DNA of 64,000 bases from Octopus sinensis (Eukaryota). Under the pieces are notes generated by a model that did no database searches, was not told where the DNA came from, and saw nothing but the letters and a program-made list of their open reading frames with translations. The translations under genes and the position numbers were made by a program. Each line of letters opens with the position of its first letter. Within the stretch, counting starts at the first letter, position 1. The DNA lies in contig NC_042999.1 in assembly GCF_006345805.1 (NCBI RefSeq), forward strand, positions 128,712,001 to 128,776,000. The letters are read 5' to 3'. This document shows positions 52,854 to 64,000 of the stretch, one piece after another.

Positions 52854-53665
52854 AGTAGTTTATGATACACATATAATTATTATATTGTGTCATGACGCTC
52901 TGTTAACCAACGTATGAAAGTTTTCATCTTTAACAATACTTTAAAAGCATTATGAATGAGGGCGTGAAAACTTTAATTTTCTTTTAAAGTTCAAAATGTT
53001 GGAAAATTTCCCAATAAGCTAATGTGTGTGAATGCGTTCCACTCAGTAGTGTAGCTAGGTGTGGAAGCAACGGGATGGTCTGCTCTGAAGCAACTCTTTT
53101 TAGACGGTGGCACACATTCTAGCTTTGTCACTTTCCACTGACGGTTCATTACAAACACTTGATAAAGTTATCTCTTAGGTTACTTTAAACTAAAATGATC
53201 TTCGTGTTATCTAATCACGAACATACAATTAACATCAATAAGGAGAGAGTTTTAAAAAATACCAACCCGAATGTTAATAGAGATAATTTTACCTTGGTAA
53301 CATACAAACTAATGTTTATACACGACGCAATCAAAAGGAATGTAACTTACTTTTCTTTTTTATTATTTTATCGAGTCTCATCAGATTCATTAACGAATTC
53401 GTTTTATACATCATCGTTAGCATTAACCTAACAACAGCTAAGTATTTTTGTCATCAAACTTGATATTACTAGCAGCAAACACTGCTTGCCAAAAGACAAT
53501 TAAAAAAAAAATCATAATCCTTTAATGCACTAAATAGTTTTAACGAAAAACTAATAAAGTAACTACGTAAACACACACTCATATACATAGATGCACAAGA
53601 GCGCGAACACACTCACACACTAGCAAGAATATAATTCGATTCGATCTACCACTCACTATGAAACC

Positions 53666-54626
53666 CAGAACCGTCGCTAAGCCCCTGCAACCCCTACGGT
53701 CGCAAGAGGCCCCCGCGGTTGAGGGGCAGCATATTAAGAGCAAACTACGTAGATAAGCCATCTATTTACTTTTGTTAGGATGTTAACTGAAAATTTCAAG
53801 TCAGACAAGGAAAGTGTACTGTAAATAAATTTAAAAGAAACGAAAAAAGCAAATGAGAAAAGCTTTTCAACGAATTCCCTAAAGAGATAAAAGAAAAACG
53901 AAAGAAATCCAAAACAATGAAAATAAGAACAACTTCAAGAGAAAAGACAAGAAAAGAAAGCAGTGGTGATGAAATGATGGGGTAGTATACTTATACATAC
54001 ATACAAATGCACACACACACACAAGCATTAGTACACCCATTCATACATACATACACACACATATATACGTCTGGCTTTTATCTGCTTCGGTCTACCAAGT
54101 CCATTCACAAGGCTTTGGCCAGCTCAGAGAGAGAGGGGGAGGGAGATAGACGTGTACCAAACACACACACGTCTCTTGGTCTCTCTCTGTCACTCCCTCT
54201 TTCTCTATTCATTTCTCTCTCTCCGCATATATATATATTTTTGACGTTGTTATTTCACATTGTTGAAAAGCTGGTTACTTTGTACTCAGAACAATAAGCC
54301 GTTGACCTCCTAAAGCAATAAAAACTGGAGACAAAATTCTTTCTGTACCAAAACAAGGCGCGCAAGTTTGTGTGTGTATATATATCTATGTACGAAGGAG
54401 TAGAAAAAAAGATATACTGTTAGTTTTTTATGTGTTGTACTTTAGAATCATCACAACAGACTCTGCAGTGATGATTCTAAAATACAACAAACTGTTGATT
54501 TTTGATTTGTTATTGTTTGATTTTTGCAGATAATAAAAGGTGCGTAGATTATGAATTTTGATTGAAGAGATGGGGCCTCTAAACAAAAAGTTGCAGGGGC
54601 CCCCTAAAAGTCATGCGACGGCCCTG
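53666..54626. mobile_element. hAT-like non-autonomous element
   Basis: CAGAACCGTCGC...GCGACGGCCCTG TIRs, subterminal GGGGCCCC motifs, degenerate 8-bp TSD ATGAAACC/AAGTAACC. Confidence 0.7.
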
Positions 54627-55187
54627 AAGTAACCACCACTATAGCCAGGAGCTTTCTAGGCTTACATTTCCCGACCAGGCAGTAATACTATAAACTTTTG
54701 AATAACAATAACGTGAAAGTGAGCTAATCTTGCCTGGACAATATTGCTGTAATATGCAGAACAAGTATGATGCTCATCGATGGGGAAGATTTGGCTTCTA
54801 TTTTTAACATAGATATATAGGTTCGATATATATCTATGTTAATATAGGTTCCATCATTTGTGGTTGGGGAGACAAGTAGTAAGGATGAGAAAAATGTAGT
54901 TATAGCAAGAAAGAGTGAGCAAAAGATGACAGCTTGTTTATGGTTGCGGGTGACAGCTGAGGGAAAGTTAAAAACACAGCAATTTTACTTCTGTTTAAAT
55001 AAAACGTAACAGCTTTGTGTAACGGAAAACTAGCCAAGATTCGAACTGATTCATTAAAATTAAATGTAACAACGTTGTGTAATGGAAAACTAGCCAAAAT
55101 TCAAACAACGAACTTTTGGTCCACTTACAGTAAGTCTCGATAGTTTCGCCAACTTGTGTTCTTCATATTTTAATTTTCTGGCCCTTG

Positions 55188-55362
55188 TAAGGCGGCGAGC
55201 TGGCAGAAACGTTAGCACGCTGGGCGAAATGCTTAGCAGTATTTCGTCTATCTCTACGTTTTGAGTTCAATAAATTAAGTACCAGTTGCGTACTAGGGTC
55301 GATCTAATCGACTGGCCCCCTTCCCCAAAATTTCGGGCCTTGTGCCTAGAGTAGAAAAGAAT
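55188..55362 (+). mobile_element. tRNA-derived SINE with internal deletion
   Basis: GGCGGCGAGCTGGCAGAAACGTTAGCACG head; jumps from GAGTTCAA to TAAATTAAGTACCAGT. Confidence 0.8.
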
Positions 55363-55863
55363 ATTTTAATTTTCTTTAGTAATAAAAGCAAGAAAAGTTG
55401 TATCTGTTGACCTTTTTCAACTGATCAGAAGTGTTAGATCAACCGTTGGCGACCCTACTAACAATAAATAACTCATTTTGTTAAGTTCACTTTATATGAG
55501 CAGATAACGAGGGGATCATTCAACCGAGTTTTCGATAGAGAAACAATGATAAAATCAAGACAATACATAAACTTCGGATATCGGTTGCTGGCCGAAAGCG
55601 ACCTGCATTACTATCTCATCTGCAACACTTTACTTCACTTGCCAAGTTATAATACTGCTATACCAGCTACTTCTACATTACTGTCACTAGCACATATTTC
55701 TAAACTTATTCGCATAGATAGATACTGAAATTTTCTTTACCGAAAGATGTTTAACCCTCTCCCTTTCGGAACCGGTGGAGATTCTGAAGATATATCGTAT
55801 CGCGTTGAAAATAAATAAATATTGGTGCTTTTTAGCGTGCAGTCTATCACAGTATCCGTAGTC

Positions 55864-55967
55864 GGCGGAGGTAAAGAATACGTACACCACCGGTTTTCGG
55901 CGTAACAAAAATTCTAACCCTAAACCCTAACCCTAATCACCGGGTGTACGTATTCTTTACTTTCGCC
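55864..55967. mobile_element. 104-bp MITE, Merlin-like, with CCCTAA repeats
   Basis: 25-bp TIR GGCGGAGGTAAAGAATACGTACACC / GGTGTACGTATTCTTTACTTTCGCC; perfect 9-bp TSD TCCGTAGTC. Confidence 0.9.
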
Positions 55968-56090
55968 TCCGTAGTCTACGCTGTGAAATGACCTGATCAG
56001 GGTTAGGGTTTCGGATTTAGGATAAGGCTTCAGGTTTAGTGTTAGACCGCACGCTTAAGTATAAATGGCCCGAAATATTTTTATATAAAA

Positions 56091-56611
56091 CTAGCAGTAT
56101 CGCCCGGCGTTGCTCGGGTTTGTAAGGGAAATAACTATATAAGCATTTTTAGAGAGTTACTTCCTTTATAGATGCCAATTCGGGCTTTCTTAGCCATTTC
56201 TGTTTTGGTGTCTTCAAGCCATGAAGTCGTTGTTCTAAAAGAACGCTGGTCTCCTTGACAACGCTTTACGACGTTGATTTCCTTACACTCCCTTCCCCAC
56301 AGCTTCACGAGGGAGGGAAGAAGGGGGAGAAGCAAACACAGGTGCAGGTGTTTGAACGTGGACGCCAACTCCGCCGCCATCGACACACGAAAAATTATGC
56401 ATTAAAATGGAATAAAAAATGATGTTAAATTATTTTTAAAATCGTAGACTCATCGTAGACGCGCGCTAATAGCCAGACGGGCTCGATATTAATCACGACT
56501 ATAAGATACCCGAATTTGGTTAAACTGCACCGCAAAATGTGGGAGGAGTTAGGAATCTAAATCGAAGGGGACAGACACTCACACAACTAGAGTTTTATAT
56601 ATATAGATAGA
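56091..56611 (-). mobile_element. Non-autonomous Helitron
   Basis: Minus strand A|TCTATCTATATATATAAAA...CCCGAGCAACGCCGGGCGATACTGCTAG|T: canonical TC...CTAG ends, subterminal hairpin, A/T site. Confidence 0.9.
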
Positions 56612-57114
56612 TAAGTACCACGGCCTTCGAAATAATGGGGGCGTCTTTTTATGAAAAGACAAATTTAAGAAATTTACTTTTTTCTCACTCTCGGACAGAT
56701 TTTGGCCAATTTTTTTGACACTACTCACTTAAAAACCAAGGGAGAAGCCTTTTCGGTAAAAACATTAATGTATCAAATTTTAAAATTTCCAATAAACTTT
56801 GAAATTTCAACAGCTGCAGCCAAAGAGAAAAGATTTAAAAAAAGAAAAGAAAAATTCATTAAACAAAAAGGAGAATTTGTAAATACTTTCAAGCGAAATA
56901 GTGTGTGAATTTAAGGGAGATTTGGCCGTTTCCTGCATATTCCACGACCACCTTCCTCGCTACATTGTCACTTTCACATGTATTGATGTTTTTCAATATT
57001 TTTCTCACCATAAACACAGTTTATGGAATGATGATGCGGAAATAATACACGCGTGATCCATAAGTTTTCAATTTTTTAAAAAAATAAAAATATGTCCAGC
57101 ATTTCGAAGGTAGT

Positions 57115-57509
57115 ACTCTTTTTACTCTTTTACTTGTTTCAGTCATTTGACTGCGGCCATGCTGGAGCACCGCCTTTAGTCGAGCAAATCGACCCCAGGA
57201 CTTATTCTTTGTAAGCCTAGTACTTATTCTATCGGTCTCTTTTGCCTAATCGCTAAGTTACTTAAACGAACCAGCATCGGTTGTCAAGCGATATTGGGGG
57301 ACAAACACAAACACACACACATATATATATACATATACATATATACGACGGGCTTCTTTCAGTTTCCATCTACCAAATCCACTCACAAAGCTTTGGTCAG
57401 CCCGAGGCTATGGTAGAAGGCACTTGCCCAAAGTGTCACGCAGTGGGACTGAACCCAGAACCATGTGGTTGGTAAGCAAAGCTACTTACCACACAGCCAC
57501 TCCTGCGCA
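57115..57509 (-). mobile_element. tRNA-derived SINE, near full length
   Basis: Minus-strand head GCAGGAGTGGCTGTGTGGTAAG...GGTTCAGTCCC and (AAAAGAGT)n tail; many relatives in the window. Confidence 0.82.
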
Positions 57510-57824
57510 GTGGTGAAAAAAAAAATTGGAAAAACCGTCAAAACGTCAACTTATGTGGGAGACCTGGTCCGAAACTCCGCCCATTCTTTGTAAGGGTAAA
57601 GATTTCGCTGCTATTTTTAGCTGGTCGCGCGATCACAGTGAAGATCAGATGTAGCCCATGCCCCAAGTAAACATTCGGTAGCTGTGAGGATAGAATGCTT
57701 TTATCCTTTCCTTTCCGAGGAATTGTGAATGACACATTTCCTCCAACGAATGATTCAGGTATCAACATTTCGCTTATCACGAAGTCTTATAAAACTGAAA
57801 ACATTTGATCTGGATCAGTTCAGG

Positions 57825-57915
57825 CGAACAGGCAGCAGCAGTGAGACACGATTTTTAAGTTCAATACGAACAGGCAGCAGCAGTGAGACACGATTTTTAA
57901 GTTCAATACGAACAG
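57825..57915. repeat. Perfect 42-bp tandem duplication
   Basis: CGAACAGGCAGCAGCAGTGAGACACGATTTTTAAGTTCAATA x2 followed by CGAACAG. Confidence 0.95.
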
Positions 57916-58876
57916 TTATTGAACTTTGACTTTTCATCTATTTGTAAGCTACGGGAAAAAGTAACTTCCTTTTTTCTAAATCATTTAAGACACATTTCGA
58001 CACCAAATCCAATTATAAACTGTAAGTAAATTTAATTATATGTTGTTTTCTTGATAAAATAATATAATACTCTGTGTGTGTGTGTATGTGTTTATTAAGC
58101 CTAACATCGATCGCTTAAGACGTACATATACACATAATTGATTTCTTGCATAGGTATATGCCATAAATTTAGTGAGAGGGAACAGATGATTTTATCAACT
58201 CAGTATTTTACTGATACTATTTTATCGCCCCTGGAAGGATGAAAGGCAACGTTAACCATGGTTAATTACAATTAAATCCCAAGTTATTTTGTTAATCGCT
58301 CTTATTATTTCTACCGTGCATTGACGAACAATAAATTTCATCTATTCCAAATGTTGACAACGAAATGCCAGAAGCTCCAGTCAATGTATATAGTCTTTTT
58401 TGACAGTCGAGCAGATATAATCAAGGGTATTCTGAACCTGACTATCCAATCTTTTATTTAGATGTACTCTATCCCCAAAATGTCCTTCGGTTTTTAAGAC
58501 GATATGTTAGGAGATTTGGTCGCTATACTACCAAAAAAAATTTCGGTGGTAATAGGCGTCTTTAGTCGCGAGTCTGAAAGTGATAGGCAATTAGCTGTAA
58601 ACAGAATTTTTGTATCGTGTCAAATTTTAAAGTCCTTAGAAGTACATCGAAAGTTTTTATTTAATCTGTAAGGCTGGCACACGAACTTGTCTATGTTTCC
58701 AGTGTTTTGTTTTTAGTCTAGAAAGTTACTACCAAACGAAGGGCCGTGGTCCTGATCAATGTTTGTTAACCTCACAAATACGTAAACTTACATCAGGCTT
58801 TACAGACTTCCAACACAAGGTATATGGGATAATTATCTTTGGCGATCTTTCGCTTTGACTCCAGATCAGCTGGTTT

Positions 58877-59294
58877 TGTTCGTTAATTTCCGTAAAATAT
58901 TTTTATTTATTTACTTTTGTTTAAAGTAAAAGGCGAAAGATTTATCCGCTCGGGTGATGAGAAACTTTTGTTTAAAGTGAAAGATGTATGAACGTGTATA
59001 TGAAATGGACGTGTGTGTGTGTGTGAGTGAGAGAGAGAGAGAGAGAGAGAGAAAATAGTGCCACTTACACATACATGAGAACACACGTTCACTCACTCAC
59101 TCACACACAAGCACATACAAAAAGATGTATGCATATGTATTGATGTATGTACGTATACATGACAACACACCCCTTCACTCACTCTTTCTCTCTCTCTTCC
59201 TCTCTTTCTCTGTCACACACACACACACGTACATACATCTTTCACTTTAAAACTAAAGTAAATAGATAAAAACATTTTACGGAAATTAACGAAC
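58877..59294. mobile_element. TIR element filled with microsatellites
   Basis: GTTCGTTAATTTCCGTAAAAT...TTTAAAGT versus ACTTTAAA...ATTTTACGGAAATTAACGAAC, ~50-bp inverted repeat. Confidence 0.7.
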
Positions 59295-59737
59295 TCCGGA
59301 TGACAGTTCCGAGAGTCGCCAACGCAAAGTTGTATGGCATACTTATCGTTGGCGATCTTCGAAAGACCGCCTTATCTTTTAGTATAGCAAAATACACAAA
59401 ATAACTTCAAACTATGACATTCCGTTCTAGTCTGTTACATAACAGTTCTAGATTATGACAGCTACAGCCAGCAGCTCCCTATACTTGTACACGATAGCAA
59501 TTATTTTACTCGCAGCATACTTTGCGGTCTTCTGCTCACCACTGAGATCAACTCTGCCTCTTATCCATTTGTGGCCGACAAAGTACCACTGGTAGTGTTC
59601 AAACCTAGAGAAAAGATGAGTTACATCTATTTCGAAATACCCAAGAAATATTGCGTATCGCGACGGGGCCTCTACAACTCCATCAACAGTTGAGAGCCCA
59701 GGAAAGGAGAAAAAACATGACATGTTAGTGTGATACC

Positions 59738-59875
59738 TATTTCTTTATTACCCACAAGGGGCTAAACACAGAGGGGACAAACAAGGACAGACATAGGTAT
59801 TAAGTCGATTACATCGACCCCAGTGCGTAACTGGTACTTAATTTATCGACCCCGAAAGGATGAAAGGCAAAGTCG
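59738..59875 (-). mobile_element. 5'-truncated SINE with perfect 16-bp TSD
   Basis: ATGTTAGTGTGATACC at 59722-59737 and 59876-59891 flanks the SINE core and tail. Confidence 0.9.
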
Positions 59876-60061
59876 ATGTTAGTGTGATACCACGTATCTA
59901 TTGACAGCGGGACAATCAAGGGGAAAGAACAATCAATTAAAGGGACGCAACTCAATGTAGCATTAGCTATTTTGCAAACTTTTTTCTTTTTTTTTTTTTT
60001 GCTTTGGTGATAAGTTCAAAAAGTTTTAAAATCATTTTAGCGTCAGAAGTTTAAACTTGGG

Positions 60062-61433
60062 GTTTAATGTTGACATTATTACCCGGAAACGAAATCGAAA
60101 AAACAAACAAAAAACTGTGCAACAGGTGTTGAAAAAAAGCTGTAGAAAACGAATCTGAAAACAAAAAATGTGCAGAGAACAATGGGAGTGGGAGGAGAGG
60201 CCTTCGGAAAATTCACAAGATCCGATGTTTTTCCCTCATAACTTTTAGGAAAATGGATTTTTTTTTTTGTTAATGAAATTTTACGATTATAAAGAAATTT
60301 GTGGGGAAAATCTTTTCCGGGGAGGTGGGGAGAGGACTTCGGAAAATTCACAAGATCCGATGTTTTTCCCTCGTACTTTGAGGAAAATGGATATCTTTTA
60401 ATGAAATTGTATATAAATACCTTTTAAACAGCATGTACTACGGATGCCTAATGTGCTGCAAACCCCTTATTTTTCTTCGGAAAAAGGTGAGGGGAAGAAA
60501 CCAGAATTATTGGAAATGTTTTTCTATTTTCTCGATGAATGAATTACGATGACCTAATATGCCACAAAACCCTTTTTTGACCGAAAAACGGAGCTGTTTC
60601 TTTCTTTAAGATTTCGTTAAATTTTTACAAGTGCACCTTTATAAAAATTAGTTGTAACGAAGTCTGGACAGGAGAGAGAAAGAATGATACAAAACCCTTA
60701 TAAAAATCACGTTAGTGTTTGTGTGTGTGAAACAAAGTATTATAATAAAACGAAATATCTTTTACATACCTCTTAAAAATCACTAGTTTTCATACAGAAT
60801 CCAATATTTTCACTTCCCTTTATCAATTTTTCGTGCTGAAATTTTAATCGGTAAACTAAAACGTTTCAATTTTGTGTGGAGAGAGGGAGATCTGTCATGT
60901 AATATACTTTGTGTAGCTAAACTTCCAAAGGCATAGCAATGGAGCGAGTGAGTGATTTCCTATATATGTGTGTGTGTATACATATATAGTAGGACCCGAA
61001 CCCTTCAAAGGGATGTTTAGCATCCAAGTTCCTGAGGAAAAGCCTAATTTGTAATTTTAAAAGGATTATATTTTCCTTAATGTTACAGGGGAAAAACTCA
61101 GATCTTGCGAATCTAATGAATTTTCCGAAATCCTTTCCTCACCTCCTCAGAAAAGATTTTCCCCACAAATTTCTTTATAATCATAATCTGTACCGTTTGA
61201 AAGATATTTATATAAAATTTCACAAACAAAAAAAGCCCCATTTTCCTAAAAGTTATGAGGGAAAAACATTGGCTCTTGTGAATTTTCCAAAGGCCTCTCT
61301 CCCCTCCCCCCAATAGCTTTCCACACATTTTTGTTTTCAGATTCGTTTTCTACACCTTTTTTTTTTTTTATTACACCCATTGCACTATTTATTTTTTCAA
61401 TTTCGTTTCTGGGTAATAATATCAACATTAACC
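60062..61433. mobile_element. 1.37-kb non-autonomous DNA transposon with ~330-bp modular TIRs, Merlin-like
   Basis: 8-bp TSD AACTTGGG (60054-61, 61434-41); ends G(G/T)TTAATGTTGA; arms hold repeated GGAAAATTCACAAGA modules in inverted orientation. Confidence 0.85.
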
Positions 61434-61945
61434 AACTTGGGCAATTTGTAAGTTGCTCATCCACTTATTAATCCTCACAGTCCCTCACTGTTAGAAACAC
61501 TCAACTAGGCCAATGTCAGTCATGATTGAAGTTGTTTCGACCATAGCCAACTCTGTCTTTATATTTTTAGAGAAAAGCATATCTGGAATAACATTATTCA
61601 ACGTGTCTTACTTTAAACCCTTTGCCTGTCCAAATCATTTTCATTTGTTCACCCTAAATGTTTATGCGTGTTTTTCAAACTTTTAGTTTGCCTTGTTTCA
61701 AACAATCTTAGTTATATGAAGCTTTCCTTCCATAAATACTGAGTTACTCTGGTGGTTGAAAAAAATTGGGCATGTGTATCATATATGATGCATGAAGGGT
61801 CAGGAAAATATGTCCTATGGATAATTCACTATTCAATGGTGCACCCTCAGATTTAGAAAATACAATTTACAAAAATCTTCCCGCAATACAAACTAGTGCC
61901 AAAAAATTACTATTTGTAAATCTCACAACAAGAGATATTCAGCAA

Positions 61946-62246
61946 CAGTACTTTGGAGTAAAGATTACTTGCCAACATAACATGGCAGTCCTGGTTTAGG
62001 ACAAATGTTGCTGTAATTTAGCCCCAAGAGACATCGTCTCCAGCTGGCTATACGACACGATCTATGTCCTTATATTTTCAAACAAGGGTTGGGGTGCTAG
62101 ATTCCCTTGTTCGAAAATTTAAGGACACAGATCGTGTCATATAGCCAGCTGAAGACGATGTCTCCTGGAGCTAAATTACAGCAACATTCGTCCTAAACCA
62201 GGACTGCCGTGTTATGTTGGCAAATAATCCTTACTCCAAACTACTG
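61946..62246. repeat. Long palindrome (foldback/MITE-like): 143-bp arms, 15-nt loop
   Basis: Arms 61946..62088 and 62104..62246 align without gaps, 12 mismatches. Confidence 0.95.
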
Positions 62247-62819
62247 CCAATTCAGAATATTCTGAAGTACACCCAGGCACCAAAGTCTGGCAATGGGCCT
62301 AGGACAGGCAAATGATTAATGGGAGAATTAAATGCTAGTTTTAGTATGTCAGTCGACCAAATAGAGGCACCCACATTGGTGGTGTATTTTAAGAAAATGG
62401 AAAACTACATAATAATCACTTACAGAGAGACTGCATTATTTTTTTAAAAATTTACTGAAGGCGGTGGGCTGATAGAATCGTTAGCACACCAGGTAAAGTG
62501 CTTAGCGGCATTTCATCCATGTTTACATTTTGAGTTCAAATTCCGCCGAGATCAACTTTTCATCCTTTTCAGCATTGATAAAATAAGTGCTAGTCAAGCA
62601 CTGTGGTCAATAAAATCAACTTACCCTCTCCTCGAAATTACTGGCCTTGTGCCATATTTGAAACCAATATCTTATTTAGTTTCATGTCACCCAAGCAACA
62701 CTGACAGAAACACACACACATTGAATGGACTTCTTTCAGTTTCTGTCTACCAAATCACTGAGAATTACAGCAATGAGAATAATGGAAATAAAAATAATAA
62801 TAATAACAATCACAATAAT

Positions 62820-63273
62820 AGGGAAAATTGAAAACAAATACAAGGGGTAACCTGGTTGCAAATAATAATATAAAACAATACACTTGTAGAGATAAAAAAA
62901 ACAATGTCCTTTGGCATATGAGTGTTTACATAGAAACAAGTGCACATATACATGTACATATAGGTACAACCAGCAACACCTTCAAGAACCACTTGAGGAA
63001 CCATATAGTGTTATTTATGAACAGCTGCAAAAGCCAATGCTCATTACTTGCAGATCTTGAATGAGACCTCGAATAGAAAAAATACAATGCAGCCTAACTT
63101 GGTCAGTAATAAAAAATGCAAAACCATATAATGCACACTCAAAAGCATGTTACCTCTGCCTGGAAGAGACAATATTATGTAATGATAAAATAATCAACAA
63201 ACACTCAGAGATTATTTTAACATGTAACCATAGACTTAAATGCTTATTTCAGGAATTTAGAAAGAATATGTAA
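62820..63273 (+). mobile_element. Penelope-like GIY-YIG endonuclease remnant
   Basis: HVHIGTTSNTFKNHLRNH..F..; LTWSVIKNAKPYNAHSKACYLCLEE..INKHSEIILTCNH; frameshifted. Confidence 0.8.
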
Positions 63274-64000
63274 TATTCAATGTTATATAAATTCTTTATT
63301 AACTAAAAAATGTACATATATTTTGGTGATTACTTCTACTGGCAAGATTATAAATTGTTGTTTACTTGAATGATCATTTAGTTATATTGATTCATTATTT
63401 ACTCAAAAATGCTATTATAATTGTTTCAGTATCATTACTATTTTCTTTAAATTATATTACTTATATTGTCCACCAAAATTGTATAATCCTATAATAACTG
63501 ATATGTTAGGTACTGTTGTTTAGGCAAAGGGGAATTAACTACAGAATGGACTTGTTTACGATGGCAGAATGTTATGGCATAAGTGGAAAATGATTGGTGG
63601 AATGACATAAAAAAAACTGGTACTCCATCACTTACGATGATGAGGGTTCCAGTTGATCCGATCAACAGAATAGCTTGTTTATGAGATTAACATGCAAGTA
63701 GCTGAGCACTCCACACACACATGTACCTCTCCACATACTACTCAGGGAGATTCAGCATGACTTAGAGTGTGACAAGGCTGGCCCCTTGAAATACAGGTAC
63801 TACTCATTTTTGCCAGCTGAGTGGACTGGAGCAATGTAAAATAAAGTGTCTTGCTTAAGGACACAATGCACCGCCAGGAATCGAACTCATGAGCCAAATA
63901 CCCTAACTACTAAGCCACACATGGTAGAATGACATGGAGAGATGCCTATTCATGAGAACAAAAGTGGGAGTATCTTTAGATAAATACATGTAAGTATATA

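Overview
AT-rich, repeat-dense animal genomic DNA. The SINE families and gene architecture point to an octopus (coleoid cephalopod) genome, which is my inference and not a database result. The left 36 kb holds two convergent housekeeping genes: the last four coding exons of COQ2 (+, 184..5500) and a complete 22-exon COG5 (-, 9534..36342, 810 aa, all GT-AG, phases consistent). The right 28 kb has no recognisable host protein gene, only an intact tRNA-Arg(ACG) and nested transposon remains: a CR1-like LINE fragment, a CsRn1-clade Ty3/gypsy element, two Merlin (IS1595-like) transposase pseudogenes, non-autonomous Helitrons, hAT/Merlin-like MITEs and tRNA-derived SINEs. Penelope-like GIY-YIG remnants occur at both ends of the window and piggyBac-like MITEs in COG5 introns. 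The most notable unannotated signals are: a complete hammerhead ribozyme core with a long stem II (48930..49029); a 143-bp-arm palindrome whose mismatches are almost all G-U-compatible on one strand (61946..62246); GG-terminated, 8-9-bp-TSD mini-elements carrying telomeric TTAGGG repeats; and Penelope derivatives next to COQ2 that keep the endonuclease but lack the RT. I found no convincing evidence for a wholly new multi-gene system.
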